A stretch of 64,000 nt of DNA from an uncultured virus (IMG/VR IMGVR_UViG_3300042540_000681) (IMGVR_UViG_3300042540_000681:1-64000); one strand, 5' to 3'. Shown: positions 41,897 through 52,404, counted from the stretch's first letter. A program made the numbers and translations. Notes: generated by a model not told the origin, from the letters alone.

Positions 41897-44185
41897 ATGC
41901 CAGATATTGTAGGAAGATTAGACCAATACGCATCTATAGTCGCATATGAGTTTGATGATTACTCTATGAGTGAGAATTTAGTTTCATACTCTACATACAA
42001 TACAGCTACTTGGGTTAATAATTTTCCTGCAGGAGCAACATTAACTACAGGAATTGATGCACCTGATGGAACAACTACTGCAGTTAGATTTACTTGCAAC
42101 AATACAACAAATGCATTGTTGAGAGTAAATATACCTTCACTTACTCCTAATGGAACTGATACTTATATAACAAGTTTTTATGTAAGAAAAATTAGTGGAA
42201 CAGGTAGTGCTTTTACAGATTTGGGTGATGGAAATCCCTCTGCGGATTATTCATCACAATTAGTTACTAATCAATGGGTAAGAGTGACTGTAAGTGGAGT
42301 TCCAACAGCAACTGCAAAAACTTTCTTAGATTTGTTTTCCGACAATAATACAAATTATGTTTTAGATTTTTGGGGAGTTCAATTAGAAAAAAGTTCATTG
42401 GTAACTGATTATACCCCAACATCAGGCACAGCAATTAGTAGAGTTCTGGCATCAACAACCAACACAAACATCACAGGACTTGGAACATATTATAGTTCTG
42501 GATTTAGTGAAAATGTAGGTGCTGCAACTACACTCACCGCAAATGTCTTTCCACCTTATGACTTAGTATATGATGAGTTTGGAGGAACTTTCTTTGGTGC
42601 GGGGCAAGGAAGATATATGAGACAAAATACTGATAAGTCTGTGATTGTTTATAATGAAATTAATGAGATGGATTTATTTGTAACTGATGTTACTACTAGT
42701 GGAATGCAACTGTATATTGATGCCGGAATTTCTACAAGTGTTACTCAAATTGCCGCAGTAAGTCAGGAATTATATACTACACCGGGAACTTATACCTTTG
42801 TTGTACCTGCCGGTTATACTTCAATCTCTGCCGTTTGTGTCGGTGGAGGTGGTGGAGGTGGAAATGATACTGACCCAGAAGAACCAGGTTCTGGTGGCGG
42901 CGGCGGCGGGCTTGCATATCAAGCATCTATTGCCGTTACTCCCGGAGAAAGTCTTACAGTTGTGGTTGGTTCTGGTGGAGGTTCCAATACTGCTGGTGGG
43001 CAATCTAGAATTCATAGGAGTGGAACAAATTTAGTTGCCGCAAATGGAGGTGGCGCCGGGCAAAGTCCAGACAATGGAAATGCCGGTGGTACTGGAGGAA
43101 CTGTAGTTGTTGGTACTGGAGGTGCCGGTGGTGCTGGCGGGGCAACTGCTGATGGAAATACTCAAGGTGCTGGCGGTGGTGGTGCCGGTGGTTATTCTGG
43201 AACTGGCGGAACAGGTCAAGATGGTGACTTAACTCCTGCTTCTACTAATGGTTCTGGCGGAGGCGGTGGCGGTGGTGGACAAAATGCCGGTGGTGGAGGT
43301 GTAGGTATACTTGGTGCTGGTACTAGTGGGAATGGAAGTGGAGCTGGAACCGGAGGTCTTGCCGGTTCTAGTGGCACTAATGGTAGTAACTCTGGTACAC
43401 TTAATGGTGCTGGTGGTGCTTATGGTGGTGGTGGTGCCGGTGCTGCCGGTGGAGATACTCCAGGTAGTGGTGCAAATGGTGCCGTAAGAATTATCTATGG
43501 TGCTGGTAGGTCTTATCCTTCAACTAATGTCACCGATCAATCTTCACCTGCTTATTTCACCATAGCAGACTTAAGTGGAAATGGAAGAACCGCAAGTACT
43601 GTACCTTTAGGTGAACCAACATATTCTTCAATCATACGAGAGGGTTCAGTAGCATTTGATGGTACAAATGATTATATGACCATCAGTGGATATAAAGGAA
43701 TAACCGGAACAGGAGCAAGAACATCAATCATCTGGTTCAGAGCAAGGGTGCCAAACATTGCGTATCGTCTTTTTGGTTGGGGTACTACTGCGACTGGAGG
43801 TAAATGGAATGTATCATTAGATGCGACAACATTTAGACCAAGAGTAGAAATTGCCACCGGAAGTGTTCTTGCCAATACAAGTGCTCCTAATGTTACGAAT
43901 GGTGCATGGTATATGATTGCGGCATCGGCACCTGCTAGTGGAACTGCAAGTAGTATTAAACTTTATATTGATGGTTATTTGGTAACTGATACGACGGTAA
44001 CTTCTGGAGCAACGGCAATTAATACTGTCTCGGGTTCTGATGTGTCTTTTGGTGCTTCTCTTGCGGATGCCGCACCAGGATATTTGAATGGAAATGTGGC
44101 ACAATTTCTGACTTATAATCGTCAATTAACGGACTTGGAAATACTTCAGATATATAAGATTATAACAAACCGCTTCTGGTTGTAG
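41897..44185 (+). CDS. Mosaic adhesin-like protein: carbohydrate-binding-like domain, glycine-rich domain and LamG domain
   Basis: APDGTTTA..QLEK..YTPT module; YTFVVPAG..VCVGGGGGG..GAVRIIYG Gly-rich module; FDGTNDY..YNRQLT LamG. Confidence 0.8.
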   Translation: MPDIVGRLDQYASIVAYEFDDYSMSENLVSYSTYNTATWVNNFPAGATLTTGIDAPDGTTTAVRFTCNNTTNALLRVNIPSLTPNGTDTYITSFYVRKISGTGSAFTDLGDGNPSADYSSQLVTNQWVRVTVSGVPTATAKTFLDLFSDNNTNYVLDFWGVQLEKSSLVTDYTPTSGTAISRVLASTTNTNITGLGTYYSSGFSENVGAATTLTANVFPPYDLVYDEFGGTFFGAGQGRYMRQNTDKSVIVYNEINEMDLFVTDVTTSGMQLYIDAGISTSVTQIAAVSQELYTTPGTYTFVVPAGYTSISAVCVGGGGGGGNDTDPEEPGSGGGGGGLAYQASIAVTPGESLTVVVGSGGGSNTAGGQSRIHRSGTNLVAANGGGAGQSPDNGNAGGTGGTVVVGTGGAGGAGGATADGNTQGAGGGGAGGYSGTGGTGQDGDLTPASTNGSGGGGGGGGQNAGGGGVGILGAGTSGNGSGAGTGGLAGSSGTNGSNSGTLNGAGGAYGGGGAGAAGGDTPGSGANGAVRIIYGAGRSYPSTNVTDQSSPAYFTIADLSGNGRTASTVPLGEPTYSSIIREGSVAFDGTNDYMTISGYKGITGTGARTSIIWFRARVPNIAYRLFGWGTTATGGKWNVSLDATTFRPRVEIATGSVLANTSAPNVTNGAWYMIAASAPASGTASSIKLYIDGYLVTDTTVTSGATAINTVSGSDVSFGASLADAAPGYLNGNVAQFLTYNRQLTDLEILQIYKIITNRFWL

Positions 44186-44197
44186 TTTAGTTTATCT

Positions 44198-44205
44198 CAT
44201 AAATA
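44198..44205 (+). promoter_or_regulatory. Late promoter-like motif CATAAATA
   Basis: Intergenic, upstream of 44227. Confidence 0.55.
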
Positions 44206-44226
44206 TAAAAAAGGTATTCGCTAATA

Positions 44227-47052
44227 ATGGCAAGACAGGTATTACTTGAAACTGGATATACATTTACTCCTGCTACAAAGACTGTAGTTATTCCTCGTGC
44301 AACTCCGAGAGAACGATTGATACTGATTACGAATGTAACAACTAATCAGGTAATTTATAACTTTTCAGACTCAAATCTGACGGCAACTTCTTATACAATT
44401 GATGGAAATGCCGATACTACGACAGTAGTTTTGAATTATAATACTACTGGAATGCTATCAACTCATAAACTCCAGTTTGTTGTAGATGACCACGAGCAAT
44501 ATATAACTCCATCAGAAACTCTGATGGACCCTGTGGGTAAGATGAGAATTTCTAATCCACAGTCACTAATTGATACTGACTTTGAGTATGGAACTCAACC
44601 CACCAAATGGGAAACTACCACACTATTAAGCAATCGCCCAAGTGCTTTTTATGATGCAACATCACCTATTACAATTACTAACATCGCAGGAGCAGGAACT
44701 AGAACTGTTACGGTAACATCAACCGCAAACCCAGGTGTTGGTGTTCCTATCTTTGTTCAGGACGCAACAGACCCAATTGCAAATGGTTGGCAACTTACAG
44801 AAACAAGTGCCGCAGGAAACTTTACTTATGTTGCCAGAGCAAACGTAGTAAACGCAACAATTTTTGATGCCTCAAAGACTTATGTTTATTCTGGAAGTTT
44901 CTTTACTGGTTCTGCAATTCCAGTAAGTGCAACTGGTGGTGCTGCATTTACTAACTCTGGAACCACAGTTACTTGTACAACTACTGGTCCTCATGGTTTT
45001 TCTATTGGTGATGGTATTTTTGTAAGAAATACAACAGCAGCAACATCTAATCCACCGAATGGAGCATTTTTTGTTGCTACCATACCAACATCAAATACCT
45101 TCACTTTTATTGCCGATGTTGCACCATCAGGACAAATCACAGCAACTGGCGGGACACAAAATCTTTATGCAAGACCTTACACTTCATCTATTCACAGACC
45201 TTATGATGGTGGTGTAAGTTTTAGTTCGGGAACTCCATATCATAATAATCAACTGATTCGTCAGACAAGAAGATACTTCCGTTATCAGTCTGGTAAAGGT
45301 GTTCAGTTCAGTACTGGTACAAACCTCAAAGCAGGATTTTCTGTTGATAATGTTACTTCATCTGGAACTACTGTTACTGTAACCTGTAAGTTTCCACATA
45401 ACTTAGGTCCGGGAGCATCTGTTATTGTATCTGGTGCTGACCAAGCGGCATATAACGGAACATTTACCGTAGCAACAGTTCCAACTGATTTAACATTTAC
45501 TTACACCGCTGGTTCAACACCAGCATCATCTCCAGCAACAGGATTTCCCATTAATGTTTCGCCATTCGCCTGGTATGGTTCCAGAATTCGTATTGGAATG
45601 TTTGATGAGCAAAATGGATTTTTCTTTGAGCACGATGGTCAAACTTTATACGCAGTAAGACGTTCAAGTACAGAACAACTATCAGGTGGAGTATCAGTTA
45701 CTGCAGGTTCTGCAACAATTACTGGAACAAATACCAAGTTTTCTTCTCAACTCAAACCAGGAGATTATGTAGTTATTCGTGGAATGTCATATCTAGTTCT
45801 CACGATTGCTAGTGACACTTCTATGTTTGTTTCTCCAGAATACAGAGGAACTACGATTTCAAGTGGTGCCATAATTATAACAAAGAGAATTGATACACGA
45901 GTTGCTCAATCTCAATTCAATATTGATAAGTGTGATGGAACTGGACCATCAGGATTTAATCTGGATTTGAACAAGATGCAGATGATTTATATGGATTATT
46001 CCTGGTATGGTGCAGGAGCAATTCGTTATGGATTCAAGAACCAAAGAGGTGAAGTCATTTATTGTCATAGAACACCAAATGCAAACTTCAGAACCGAAGC
46101 ATATATGCGTTCTGGAAACCTTCCATCAAGATATGAGTGTAATACAATTCCACCAATTACGTATTTGACTGCAACATTAACATCTGGTGTTACCGCATCT
46201 ATGTCGGTAAATGATACTTCATTATTCCCATCTTCTGGAACTCTTGTAGTAAGAGCGGCAGGAGGAACTGGAGCAGCAGTAGAATACATTAATTATACTG
46301 GTAAAACCGCAACTACATTTACAACTCTAACGAGAAATGTCACCAACCTAACTGGTCCTGGTGGTCTTACTGGTGGTGGTGGAACCGCATCTGCAACCAC
46401 ATTTACCTTTAGTGCAACAGCACCAGTTTCAGTTGAACTTCATGCACCTCAAACATCTGCAACAATTGCACACTGGGGTTCTTCGGTCATTATGGATGGA
46501 GGATTTGATGATGATAAATCGTTCATATTTACTTCGGGTATGAATACCGCACTAAGTATTGCTGCTGGAGCAACAAATGCTCTTATTTCTCTTCGTCTTT
46601 CTCCGAGTGTTGATTCTGGTCTGACTGGAGTACTGGGAGCAAGAGATTTAATTAACCGAATGCAATTAACTCTTCGAGAAATTGGAGCGGTTGCAAGTGC
46701 TAACTTTAGAATTGCTCTGATTTTAAATGGAAGAGTAAGTGCCGGAACTTTCGCTTCCGCTGGTGGTTCATCTCTTTCTCAGATTTGCGTACATACCGGA
46801 ACTACAACTGTGACTGGTGGAGAACAAATTTATTCATTCTTCGTTCCAAATGGAGTTAACTCAAAAGAACTCAATCTTGTTCGTGACCTTGGAAATTCTA
46901 TTTTAGGTGGAGGAACTGTATTGACTGTTCCGACAACCGTAAATAATGTTTATCCGGATGGACCTGATATGGTGACTATTGTTGCAACTAATCTTGCGGG
47001 AACTTCTCAAACAATCAATGCAAGACTTTCTTGGACGGAGGCACAGGCATAA
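44227..47052 (+). CDS. Virion structural protein (fibre/baseplate-associated)
   Basis: YTFTPATKT..LILITNVT N-terminus, PQSLIDTDFEYG, RQTRRYFRYQSGKG, DYSWYGAG, SWTEAQA C-terminus as seen in cyanophage structural proteins. Confidence 0.75.
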   Translation: MARQVLLETGYTFTPATKTVVIPRATPRERLILITNVTTNQVIYNFSDSNLTATSYTIDGNADTTTVVLNYNTTGMLSTHKLQFVVDDHEQYITPSETLMDPVGKMRISNPQSLIDTDFEYGTQPTKWETTTLLSNRPSAFYDATSPITITNIAGAGTRTVTVTSTANPGVGVPIFVQDATDPIANGWQLTETSAAGNFTYVARANVVNATIFDASKTYVYSGSFFTGSAIPVSATGGAAFTNSGTTVTCTTTGPHGFSIGDGIFVRNTTAATSNPPNGAFFVATIPTSNTFTFIADVAPSGQITATGGTQNLYARPYTSSIHRPYDGGVSFSSGTPYHNNQLIRQTRRYFRYQSGKGVQFSTGTNLKAGFSVDNVTSSGTTVTVTCKFPHNLGPGASVIVSGADQAAYNGTFTVATVPTDLTFTYTAGSTPASSPATGFPINVSPFAWYGSRIRIGMFDEQNGFFFEHDGQTLYAVRRSSTEQLSGGVSVTAGSATITGTNTKFSSQLKPGDYVVIRGMSYLVLTIASDTSMFVSPEYRGTTISSGAIIITKRIDTRVAQSQFNIDKCDGTGPSGFNLDLNKMQMIYMDYSWYGAGAIRYGFKNQRGEVIYCHRTPNANFRTEAYMRSGNLPSRYECNTIPPITYLTATLTSGVTASMSVNDTSLFPSSGTLVVRAAGGTGAAVEYINYTGKTATTFTTLTRNVTNLTGPGGLTGGGGTASATTFTFSATAPVSVELHAPQTSATIAHWGSSVIMDGGFDDDKSFIFTSGMNTALSIAAGATNALISLRLSPSVDSGLTGVLGARDLINRMQLTLREIGAVASANFRIALILNGRVSAGTFASAGGSSLSQICVHTGTTTVTGGEQIYSFFVPNGVNSKELNLVRDLGNSILGGGTVLTVPTTVNNVYPDGPDMVTIVATNLAGTSQTINARLSWTEAQA

Positions 47053-47055
47053 GAA

Positions 47056-47943
47056 ATGGCAAAACTCAAAGGTGGTACAAGAATATATGGTGATATTAAG
47101 ATTGATGGTGGAATTTATGATAGTTCCAATCAAATTGGCATCGGTGGTTCTGTATTAATATCTACCGGAGTTGGTATTGCTTGGACAACTGGGTCTGGAG
47201 GTGCTCAAGGTGCTCAAGGACTCCAAGGTAGACAAGGACTCCAAGGAACTCAGGGTCTTCAGGGAACTCAAGGTCTTCAGGGAACTCAAGGTCTTCAGGG
47301 TAATCAAGGATTACAGGGTAGACAAGGACTTCAGGGAACTCAAGGTACTCAAGGTCTTCAGGGTACTTTAGGTTCTCAAGGTACACAAGGTCTACAAGGT
47401 CTTTCTAATCAAGGTGTTCAAGGACTTCAAGGAAGACAAGGACAACAAGGTGTACAAGGTATAAGTAACCAAGGTGTTCAAGGTGCTGCTGCCGGTGGAG
47501 GAGGTTCTATTACTGTTAGTGACGATAATTCAACAAATGCTACAAGATATCCAGTATTTGAAGATGTAACTTCTGGAACTAGTAGCACTATTAATGTTGC
47601 TTCAACTAAACTTACATTTAACCCATCTACAGGAACATTATCGGCAACAGTATTCACATCACTCTCTGATGAAACTCAAAAAACCAACATAACACCAATT
47701 GCAAATGCTCTTGATTTAGTAATGCAAATGAATGGTGTTCGTTATGACTGGACAGATGGACACAATACGGGTTCTATTGGTGTAATTGCACAAGAAATGG
47801 AAAGAATTATTCCAGAAGTTGTAAGCACTAATGATAGAGGATTGAAAACAGTTTCTTATGGAAACCTTGTTGGTGTATTGATTGAAGCAATCAAAGAACA
47901 GCAAATTAGAATTGAAGAACTGGAAAGAAAGTTAGATGCCTAA
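47056..47943 (+). CDS. Short collagen-like fibre with C-terminal peptidase S74 intramolecular chaperone
   Basis: About 30 Gly-X-Y triplets; SLSDETQKTNI..GVRYDW..GVIAQE..PEVV..VSYGNLVGVLIEAIKE coiled coil. Confidence 0.9.
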   Translation: MAKLKGGTRIYGDIKIDGGIYDSSNQIGIGGSVLISTGVGIAWTTGSGGAQGAQGLQGRQGLQGTQGLQGTQGLQGTQGLQGNQGLQGRQGLQGTQGTQGLQGTLGSQGTQGLQGLSNQGVQGLQGRQGQQGVQGISNQGVQGAAAGGGGSITVSDDNSTNATRYPVFEDVTSGTSSTINVASTKLTFNPSTGTLSATVFTSLSDETQKTNITPIANALDLVMQMNGVRYDWTDGHNTGSIGVIAQEMERIIPEVVSTNDRGLKTVSYGNLVGVLIEAIKEQQIRIEELERKLDA

Positions 47944-49126
47944 TCAATTTTTTTCACCGGAAGGAGACTTAGAGAATTATTTTGTAACCGAGTACTGGTT
48001 GATTGACCAGTATGTTGGTGATGCTTTGTGGGCTTGGGGTAGTGGACAATATGGAAAACTTGGAAACAATGCTGCAACCGATAGATCCACTCCAATTACC
48101 ACATTTGCTGGAGGAACCAACTGGAAACAAGTGAGTGGTGGAGATGAGGGTACGGCAGCAATCAAGACCGATGGAACCTTATGGACTTGGGGTCTTGGAA
48201 ATAGCCTATCACCTCTACTTGGAACTAATGATACAATCACTAGATCCACTCCAGTCACCACTTTTGCCGGAGGAATCAATTGGAAACAAGTGAGTTGTGA
48301 TGGTCTTTATACAGCAGCAATTAAGACTGATGGAACTTTATGGACTTGGGGTAATGGGGGATTTGGACGACTTGGAACTAATGATGGAACCAATAGATCC
48401 ACTCCAGTCACCACCTTTGCCGGTGGAACCAACTGGAAACAAGTGAGTTGTGGAGAACTTCATGCCGCAGCAATCAAGACCGATGGAACCTTATGGATTT
48501 GGGGTAATGGAGGTCAAGGACGACTTGGAAATGCAGTAACAACAGGTAGTATATCTACTCCAGTCACCACATTTGCCGGTGGAACCAACTGGAAACAAGT
48601 GAGTGTTGGTAATCAATATACAGCAGCAATTAAAACTGATGGAACCTTATGGACTTGGGGTAGTGGAAGTTCTGGACAACTTGGAAATGCAACAACAACA
48701 AACACATCCACTCCAGTCACTACCTTTGCCGGTGGAAACAACTGGAAACAAGTGAGTGGTGGAAATGCTCATACAGCAGCAATTAAGACCGATGGAACTT
48801 TATGGACTTGGGGTGGTGGAGATTCTGGACGACTTGGAAACGCATCAACAACCTTTAGATCCACTCCAGTCACCACATTTGCCGGTGGAACCAACTGGAA
48901 ACAAGTAGATTGTGGTGATTCTCATACAGCAGCAATTAAGACCGATGGAACCTTATGGACTTGGGGTTTTGGAAGTTTTGGAAGACTTGGAGACAATACT
49001 ACAACCAATAAACTCACTCCAGTCACCACCTTTGCCGGTGGAACCAACTGGAAACAAGTGAGTTCTGGAGGTGGTACTATATCAGCAGTCCAAGCAGGAA
49101 CCTCAGCAGATCTCCCATTCTCATAA
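47936..49126 (+). CDS. RCC1-repeat seven-bladed beta-propeller protein 1
   Basis: Seven repeats of LWTWG..GRLG..STPVTTFAGGTNWKQVS..TAAIKTDGT. Confidence 0.92.
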   Translation: MPNQFFSPEGDLENYFVTEYWLIDQYVGDALWAWGSGQYGKLGNNAATDRSTPITTFAGGTNWKQVSGGDEGTAAIKTDGTLWTWGLGNSLSPLLGTNDTITRSTPVTTFAGGINWKQVSCDGLYTAAIKTDGTLWTWGNGGFGRLGTNDGTNRSTPVTTFAGGTNWKQVSCGELHAAAIKTDGTLWIWGNGGQGRLGNAVTTGSISTPVTTFAGGTNWKQVSVGNQYTAAIKTDGTLWTWGSGSSGQLGNATTTNTSTPVTTFAGGNNWKQVSGGNAHTAAIKTDGTLWTWGGGDSGRLGNASTTFRSTPVTTFAGGTNWKQVDCGDSHTAAIKTDGTLWTWGFGSFGRLGDNTTTNKLTPVTTFAGGTNWKQVSSGGGTISAVQAGTSADLPFS

Positions 49127-49142
49127 ATACCTAAAAAGACCG

Positions 49143-49796
49143 ATGGAAATAGCACTTATTCATAACAACGCATTAGAACTTGGTCCTTTTGGAGCAAATG
49201 TTCGTTATATTAATGAAGAATTAGAAGAACTTGAAGTGGTAGAAAGAATATCAAATCAATCTTTTACTCAACTTCCTATTCATTTTAGTGATGGACTTAC
49301 TCATCTTGTTCCAACAGAAAGAGTAATTCCAGAGAATGACCCCAAGTATCATAATGTAGGAAACTTTTCTTGGGAAATTATTGAAGAAAATGGAGTTCCC
49401 ACTAAAGTCCTATTAACATATCCAATTACCGATAAGACTTTAGAAGAAGTCAAAACACTTCGTAAGCAAGAAGTTGCCCCATATAGAAGAGAAAAGGAAA
49501 ATACTATACTCACACTTACAATAAATGGAACCGAGGTAGAAGTATCAACCTCAAGAGATGAGAGACTTCTATTAGCAAGTAAGTTAGCAGCATCTCCAGG
49601 TCCTCATAACTTTAAGTTCCAGAATACTTGGTTAGAGATTACCACAACAGAACTTCAATATATTCTCAATCAAATTGATATAAAAGTTCAAGAAGCATTT
49701 GATTGGGAATTAGCAAAACTTCAAGAGATTGATGCCTGTAATACGATTGATGATGTTTATGCTGTTGTGATTAGAGAACAACCACAAACACCATAG
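49143..49796 (+). CDS. Tail-fibre assembly/chaperone-like protein (DUF4376-like C-terminus)
   Basis: KTLEEVKTLRKQEVAPYRREKE...VQEAFDWE..KLQEIDACNTIDDV; CATAAATA at 49122. Confidence 0.6.
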   Translation: MEIALIHNNALELGPFGANVRYINEELEELEVVERISNQSFTQLPIHFSDGLTHLVPTERVIPENDPKYHNVGNFSWEIIEENGVPTKVLLTYPITDKTLEEVKTLRKQEVAPYRREKENTILTLTINGTEVEVSTSRDERLLLASKLAASPGPHNFKFQNTWLEITTTELQYILNQIDIKVQEAFDWELAKLQEIDACNTIDDVYAVVIREQPQTP

Positions 49797-49805
49797 TAAA
49801 GTAAA

Positions 49806-51032
49806 ATGAGTTCTTTAAGAGTTACAACCAATTTTAGGGATAGTAATAGTGTTGATTTAGGTACTAAGTTAATCACCAAAGATTATTTGATGAGTGTTTA
49901 TCCTGAGATTGGTCAACGGATTGGAATTCCTCCAGAACTTTGGACTTGGGGTGCTGGAGCTAATGCAAGACTTGGAAATGGAGCAACAACAGGGAATATA
50001 TCCACTCCAGTTACTACTTCTGCCGGTGGAACCAACTGGAAACAAGTGAGTGCTGGTGGATCTCATACAGCAGCAATTAAGACTGATGGAACCTTATGGA
50101 CTTGGGGTTTAGGTGCTAGTGGACGACTTGGAAATGGAGTAACAACAGGTAATATATCCACTCCAGTCACCACCTTTGCCGGTGGAACCAACTGGAAACA
50201 AATAAGTTGTGGATACTCACATACAGCAGCAATTAAGACTGATGGAACCTTATGGACTTGGGGTTTTAGTGGTGATGGAAGACTTGGAAACGCAGTAATA
50301 ACAGGCAATATATCCACTCCAGTCACCACCTTTGCCGGTGGAACCAACTGGAAACAAGTTAGTACTACTTCCTTTTCTAACCATACAGTAGCAATCAAAA
50401 CTGATGGAACTTTATGGACTTGGGGATATAATGCTAATTTACAACTTGGTAATAATGCTACAGGTAATAGATCCACTCCAATCACCACATTTGCCGGAGG
50501 AACCAACTGGAAACAAGTGAGTGGTGGAGGTTCTCATACGGCAGCAATCAAGACCGATGGAACTCTATGGACTTGGGGGGGAACTACTGGATCACTTGGA
50601 AATGGTGTTGTCGGTAGTAGATCTACTCCAGTCACCACCTTTGCCGGAGGAACCAACTGGAAACAAGTGGCTGCTGGAGGTGCTCATACAGCAGCAATCA
50701 AAACTGATGGAACTTTATGGACTTGGGGATATAATGCTAATTTACAACTTGGTAATAATGCTACAGGTAATAGATCCACTCCAATCACCACATTTGCCGG
50801 AGGAACTAACTGGAAACAAGTAACTTGTGGAACTAGTCATACATCGGCAATCAAGACCGATGGAACCTTATGGACTTGGGGTTCTGGAACTAATGGACAA
50901 CTTGGAAACGCAACAATAACCAGCACATCCACTCCAGTCACCACCTTTGCCGGAGGAACCAACTGGAAACAAGTGGCTGCTGGAGGTGCTCATACAGCAG
51001 TAATAAAATCAGTAGACTTCGCAAGTTTCTAA
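49806..51032 (+). CDS. RCC1-repeat seven-bladed beta-propeller protein 2
   Basis: Seven repeats with the same scaffold as protein 1. Confidence 0.92.
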   Translation: MSSLRVTTNFRDSNSVDLGTKLITKDYLMSVYPEIGQRIGIPPELWTWGAGANARLGNGATTGNISTPVTTSAGGTNWKQVSAGGSHTAAIKTDGTLWTWGLGASGRLGNGVTTGNISTPVTTFAGGTNWKQISCGYSHTAAIKTDGTLWTWGFSGDGRLGNAVITGNISTPVTTFAGGTNWKQVSTTSFSNHTVAIKTDGTLWTWGYNANLQLGNNATGNRSTPITTFAGGTNWKQVSGGGSHTAAIKTDGTLWTWGGTTGSLGNGVVGSRSTPVTTFAGGTNWKQVAAGGAHTAAIKTDGTLWTWGYNANLQLGNNATGNRSTPITTFAGGTNWKQVTCGTSHTSAIKTDGTLWTWGSGTNGQLGNATITSTSTPVTTFAGGTNWKQVAAGGAHTAVIKSVDFASF

Positions 51033-51038
51033 TAAATA
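51031..51038 (+). promoter_or_regulatory. Late promoter-like motif AATAAATA upstream of the TPR-GT gene
   Basis: Overlaps the RCC1-2 stop codon. Confidence 0.6.
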
Positions 51039-51063
51039 CCTCAAGATACATTCAATATTCTTT

Positions 51064-52404
51064 ATGAACCCCCTTGAGTTGGTCACAAAAACACTGTATT
51101 CATTCAACGAAAAAGAACTCACAACACAAGTTCTTTCGGCATTTGGAAAGAGAGCAGAAACTTTTCAGCAATATGATGATGTAGCAAAGATTTTCTTTGA
51201 GATTAAAGATTTCTCAAATGCGATTACTTATGGCGAGAAAGCACTCAAACTCACAAAGACCAAAGAAGAAAAATATACAACATCAAAAAATCTTATCAAC
51301 GCATACAATCAAAATAACTATCCAGAAAAAGCAATCACTCAAATATCAAAAATCAAATCACAAAATCCTCAAGATACCGAACTTCTTTTAGAGGAAACAT
51401 TTTCATATTCTGCTTTAGGTCAAAATAATAAAGCAGAGAAACTTTTATTTGATTTACTCAAAAAGAAACTGCCACCTGAGATAGAAAGAAAAGCATATCA
51501 CAACTTATCGGGTCATTACTTCAGGAAGGATGATATTCGCACAGGACTTCAACACTTTCTCAAGGCAGGAGAAGTGGAAGCATATAAGAACCGACAACTT
51601 CCACCATTTCCAAAGTGGGACGGAACACCAGAGCCTGGAAGAACGATTATCATAGACAGTCAGTGTGGTGCTGGTGATGAGGTTATTCATATTCGTTTTA
51701 TGAAGCACCTGAAAGAACTTGGTATGAAACCAATCTGGACTTCTACAAGAAAAGAACTGGTGAAACTCTTCAACTATAATGGGTTTCACTCTGTGTGTAT
51801 CTACGATAAACCAGAGTTTCCAGAAGATGCCTGCTGGGTTTATGCTCTTGCTCTACCTTATTATCTCAATCTAAAAGTAGAAGATTTGGGTCAAACTCCT
51901 TATCTAAACCCATTACCAGAAAAACAAAAGCAATACTCTTATCTACAAGAAGACCAAAACTATAAGATTGGAATGTTTTGGAACTCTGGTTCTGGATTTG
52001 AGCAGGCACATTTTCGTTCTATTCAACCAGAACCTTTGTTTGATATTCTTTCTAAAACTCCAGCATCTTTATATTCCCTACAACTACCAGACCAAGTACC
52101 ACCAGAAGGTTATGATGTAAAGACTTTTGATATTCCAAATCGTGACTTTACGGATACATTTTCAATTGTATCTCAAATGGACTTGGTGATTACTTCGTGT
52201 ACTTCTATTGCTCATATCGCAGCAGCACAAGGTAAGAAAGTTTGTGTGTTTGTGCCAATTATGGAATATTATGTATGGACAAGTTCAACAGGAAAGTCTT
52301 GGTGGTATGGTGATAATGTTCATCTCTTCAAGCAAAAGAAACCAAGAAACTGGGACGAACCTTTGAAGCAATTGGGAGAGTTTCTAAATGATAGAGGAAT
52401 ATAA
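51064..52404 (+). CDS. TPR-repeat protein with C-terminal GT9-like (GT-B) glycosyltransferase domain
   Basis: Helical TPR-like N-terminus; WDG..QCGAGDEVIHIRF, IGMFWNSG, DFTDTFSIVSQMDLVITSCTSIAHIAAAQG, WY..LFKQ. Confidence 0.85.
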   Translation: MNPLELVTKTLYSFNEKELTTQVLSAFGKRAETFQQYDDVAKIFFEIKDFSNAITYGEKALKLTKTKEEKYTTSKNLINAYNQNNYPEKAITQISKIKSQNPQDTELLLEETFSYSALGQNNKAEKLLFDLLKKKLPPEIERKAYHNLSGHYFRKDDIRTGLQHFLKAGEVEAYKNRQLPPFPKWDGTPEPGRTIIIDSQCGAGDEVIHIRFMKHLKELGMKPIWTSTRKELVKLFNYNGFHSVCIYDKPEFPEDACWVYALALPYYLNLKVEDLGQTPYLNPLPEKQKQYSYLQEDQNYKIGMFWNSGSGFEQAHFRSIQPEPLFDILSKTPASLYSLQLPDQVPPEGYDVKTFDIPNRDFTDTFSIVSQMDLVITSCTSIAHIAAAQGKKVCVFVPIMEYYVWTSSTGKSWWYGDNVHLFKQKKPRNWDEPLKQLGEFLNDRGI

